This document shows positions 61,325-64,000 of a stretch of DNA of 64,000 bases, piece after piece. The position numbers and the translations under genes were made by a program. The DNA is from the human T2T-CHM13v2.0 reference genome, Homo sapiens. The stretch lies in assembly GCF_009914755.1 (NCBI RefSeq), contig NC_060928.1. One strand, given 5' to 3'. The notes under the pieces were generated by a model. It saw only the letters and a program-made list of their open reading frames with translations. It was not told the DNA's origin and made no database searches. Every line of letters begins with the position of its first letter. Position 1 is the first letter of the stretch.

Positions 61325-62950
61325 ATAAAATTATATAACTATATTTAATTTGTACAATGTAATGATTTGATATGCATATACATTTTGAAACAAAATGTCA
61401 AGTTGATGAACACATTTATTACCTCACATAGATAACCATTTTTTTTTTGTCACAAGAACACTTGAGGTCTACTGTTGTAGCAAATTGTAAGCATACTTTA
61501 CAGTATTACTATAAAGACAATGCTATTTTGCTAATCTAATGCTAATGTACATTAGCTTTCTCAGACTTACTCAACTTACAACTAATCATTTGTACTCTTT
61601 GAACAGCATCTCCTCATATTCCCACCCTCAGGCACTAACAACCACCATTCTACTCTCTGTTCCTATGAGTTTACATTTTTAGATTCCTCATCTAACTGAG
61701 AACATGCAGTTTCTTTGTGTTTGGCTTATTTCACTTAGCGTAATGTCTTCAAGGTCTATCAATGCTGTAAATGGCTAGATTTCCTTCTCTTTTATGGCTG
61801 AATAGTATTCTACTGTGTGTGTATATATATAAATTTTTTTGGCTATTTTAAGCAAAACTAAAATGAACATGGGGCTGAAGATTGTTCTTTGAGGTACTAA
61901 TTTTATTTCCTTTGGTAGTATTCCCAGAGGTGGTATTGCTGAATTATGTGATACTTTCATTTTTATTTTTTACTGATTTGTATGATGACTTTATCAATTT
62001 ATATCTCACTGGTGGCATACAGGATTTCCCTTGTATGTATGTCTTCTTTGTGGGAAAAACAAAACTAACCTTTTGCCTATTTTTGAATAGGTTATCATCA
62101 TTATTGTTTTGCTTTGAATTGCAGAAGTTTCTTACACATTTTGGATATTAACTATCAGATATATGGCTTGCAAATATTTTTCTATTGTGTAGGATTTTTT
62201 AAAATTTTGGTTTTTTCCTTTACTGTACAGAAGCTGTACACTTTGATGCAGTCCCACTCTTTTGTATTTTCTTCTGTTGCTGTGCTTTTGATGACATACC
62301 AAATTGCCAAGACCAATATCAACAAGGTTTTTCCATATGTTTTGTTCAGGAGTTTTAAGCTTTTATGTCTTACATTTAAGTCTTTTATTTTGAGTTAATT
62401 TTGGGGTATGGTATAAGAAAATTTTATTTATGGTATAGTCTAATTTTATTCTTTTGCTTGTGGATATCCAGTTTTTCTGGTACCATGTATTGACAAGACT
62501 ATACTTTCTGCATTGTATATTATTGGTGGCCTTGTCAAAGATTAGTTGACCTTGTATGCATGGATATGTTTCTGGGCTCCCTATTCTGTTGCATTGGTTT
62601 TTGTATCTGTTTTTATGCACATACTATACTCTTTTGATTACCATGACCTTTAAGTAAAGTTTGAAATTAGAAAGTATGATGTCCCCAGCTTTGTTCTTTC
62701 TCAAGATTGCTCAGGTTATTTTAAGTTATTTAAGATAACACTTAAATTTTACAATTGTGTTTTCTATTACTGTGAAAAATGCCACTCAAATTTTGATAGG
62801 GATGACATTGAATCTCCATATCACTTTGGATAATATTCCTTGACAATATTAGTTATCCTAATGGAATATGTTTTCATTTATTTTTACCTACTTCAATTTC
62901 TGTCATCAATATCTTAACTGTGTTAGTGTATACATTTTTATCTCATCCTT
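61325..62950 (-). mobile_element. Old L1M (L1MA/MB-like) 3' region
   Basis: Degenerate ORF2 homology (QLIFDKAT; AIPPLGILPKE; VEYYSAIK) on the minus strand. Confidence 0.75.
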
Positions 62951-62959
62951 TACATTTTA

Positions 62960-63190
<231 letters not shown>

Positions 63191-63900
63191 TGACCCAGCT
63201 ATGACCTTTCTTCTCAGCAACCCCAGAGGTAATCTTATCAGCCTGGGGACCCAATAAAAGGAGATCTTTACTTGCCAAAGATAGTTTTTTTTAGTGGAGA
63301 TGGGGTTTTGCCATAGTTTATAGAAACTGTTAAGAGTTGTTAGATCCTTCAAATATACAGACATGGGGCTGTTTCAGGGACCAAAGCTGAGGCCAAGATC
63401 CACAAGCATGCCTCCAGGGCCACAGCTTCTACCTTAACATATTACTGAAAGTTTGTATCAGAACAATTAGACAAGGAAAATAACAAAGCTTTCCAGCTTG
63501 GAATAAAAGTAAAAATGTTACTGTTTGTAGATAATATAATTATGCGTATATACAAAACCCTAGAGTGAAACAACAAAAACTGAACTAATAAATGCATTCA
63601 TTAAGGTATCAGGATACATGACCAACATAAAAATACTTGTGGGGTTTTTTTGTTTGTTTGAGATAGGGTCTCACTCTGTTGCCCAGGCTCATGTCAAACT
63701 CCTGTGCTCAAGTGATCCACCTTCCTTGGCCTCTAGCCTCTGAAAGTGTGCAGGGACTACAGAAATGAGGCACTGCACCTGACCCTACATACAAATATTT
63801 GTTGCATTTCCATATAGTAACAACAAACTTTCCAAAAAAGAGAGAAAGTTTCCAATTGCAATAGTATAAAAATAAGGAACTTAATCAAAATAAATGTAAA

Positions 63901-64000
63901 GTGACCGAGCATAGTGACTCACACCTGTAATGCCAGCACATTGGGATGCCAAGGTGGGGAGATCACTTGAGGCCAGGAGTTCCAGACTAGCCTGGCCATT
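63901..64000 (+). mobile_element. Old Alu start, cut by the window end
   Basis: ctcacacctgtaat...gatcacttgaggccaggagtt. Confidence 0.8.

Overview
Eukaryotic, human (primate) DNA: the extreme left end of a chromosome, almost certainly human 4p because the window ends inside the 5' half of the KRAB zinc-finger gene ZNF595. From left to right: (CCCTAA)n telomere with variant-repeat blocks (1-3270); a TAR1/TERRA-promoter CpG island with 37-, 29- and 61-bp repeats (3270-5570); a subtelomeric patchwork with an L1PA carrying a 3' transduction, a 7.3-kb two-LTR defective HERV-K(HML-2) type-2 provirus (12160-19439) and a degenerate interstitial telomere tract (~22550-22790); an L1PA 3' half (+) and an L1PA 5' half (-) with nearly complementary breakpoints, the latter interrupted by a solo LTR5 flanked by a ~270-bp duplication; a BNIP3 processed pseudogene; and the ZNF595 promoter with coding exons 1-3. 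No prokaryotic systems are present. Most ORFs in the track come from repeats. The most unusual items are structural: the long duplication around the LTR, the split L1, an old duplicated block bracketing the ZNF595 promoter, uneven LTR-LTR divergence, and an AUG in frame with the telomere repeats. Repeat family names are from recognition, not from a database search. Mismatch counts are by eye.
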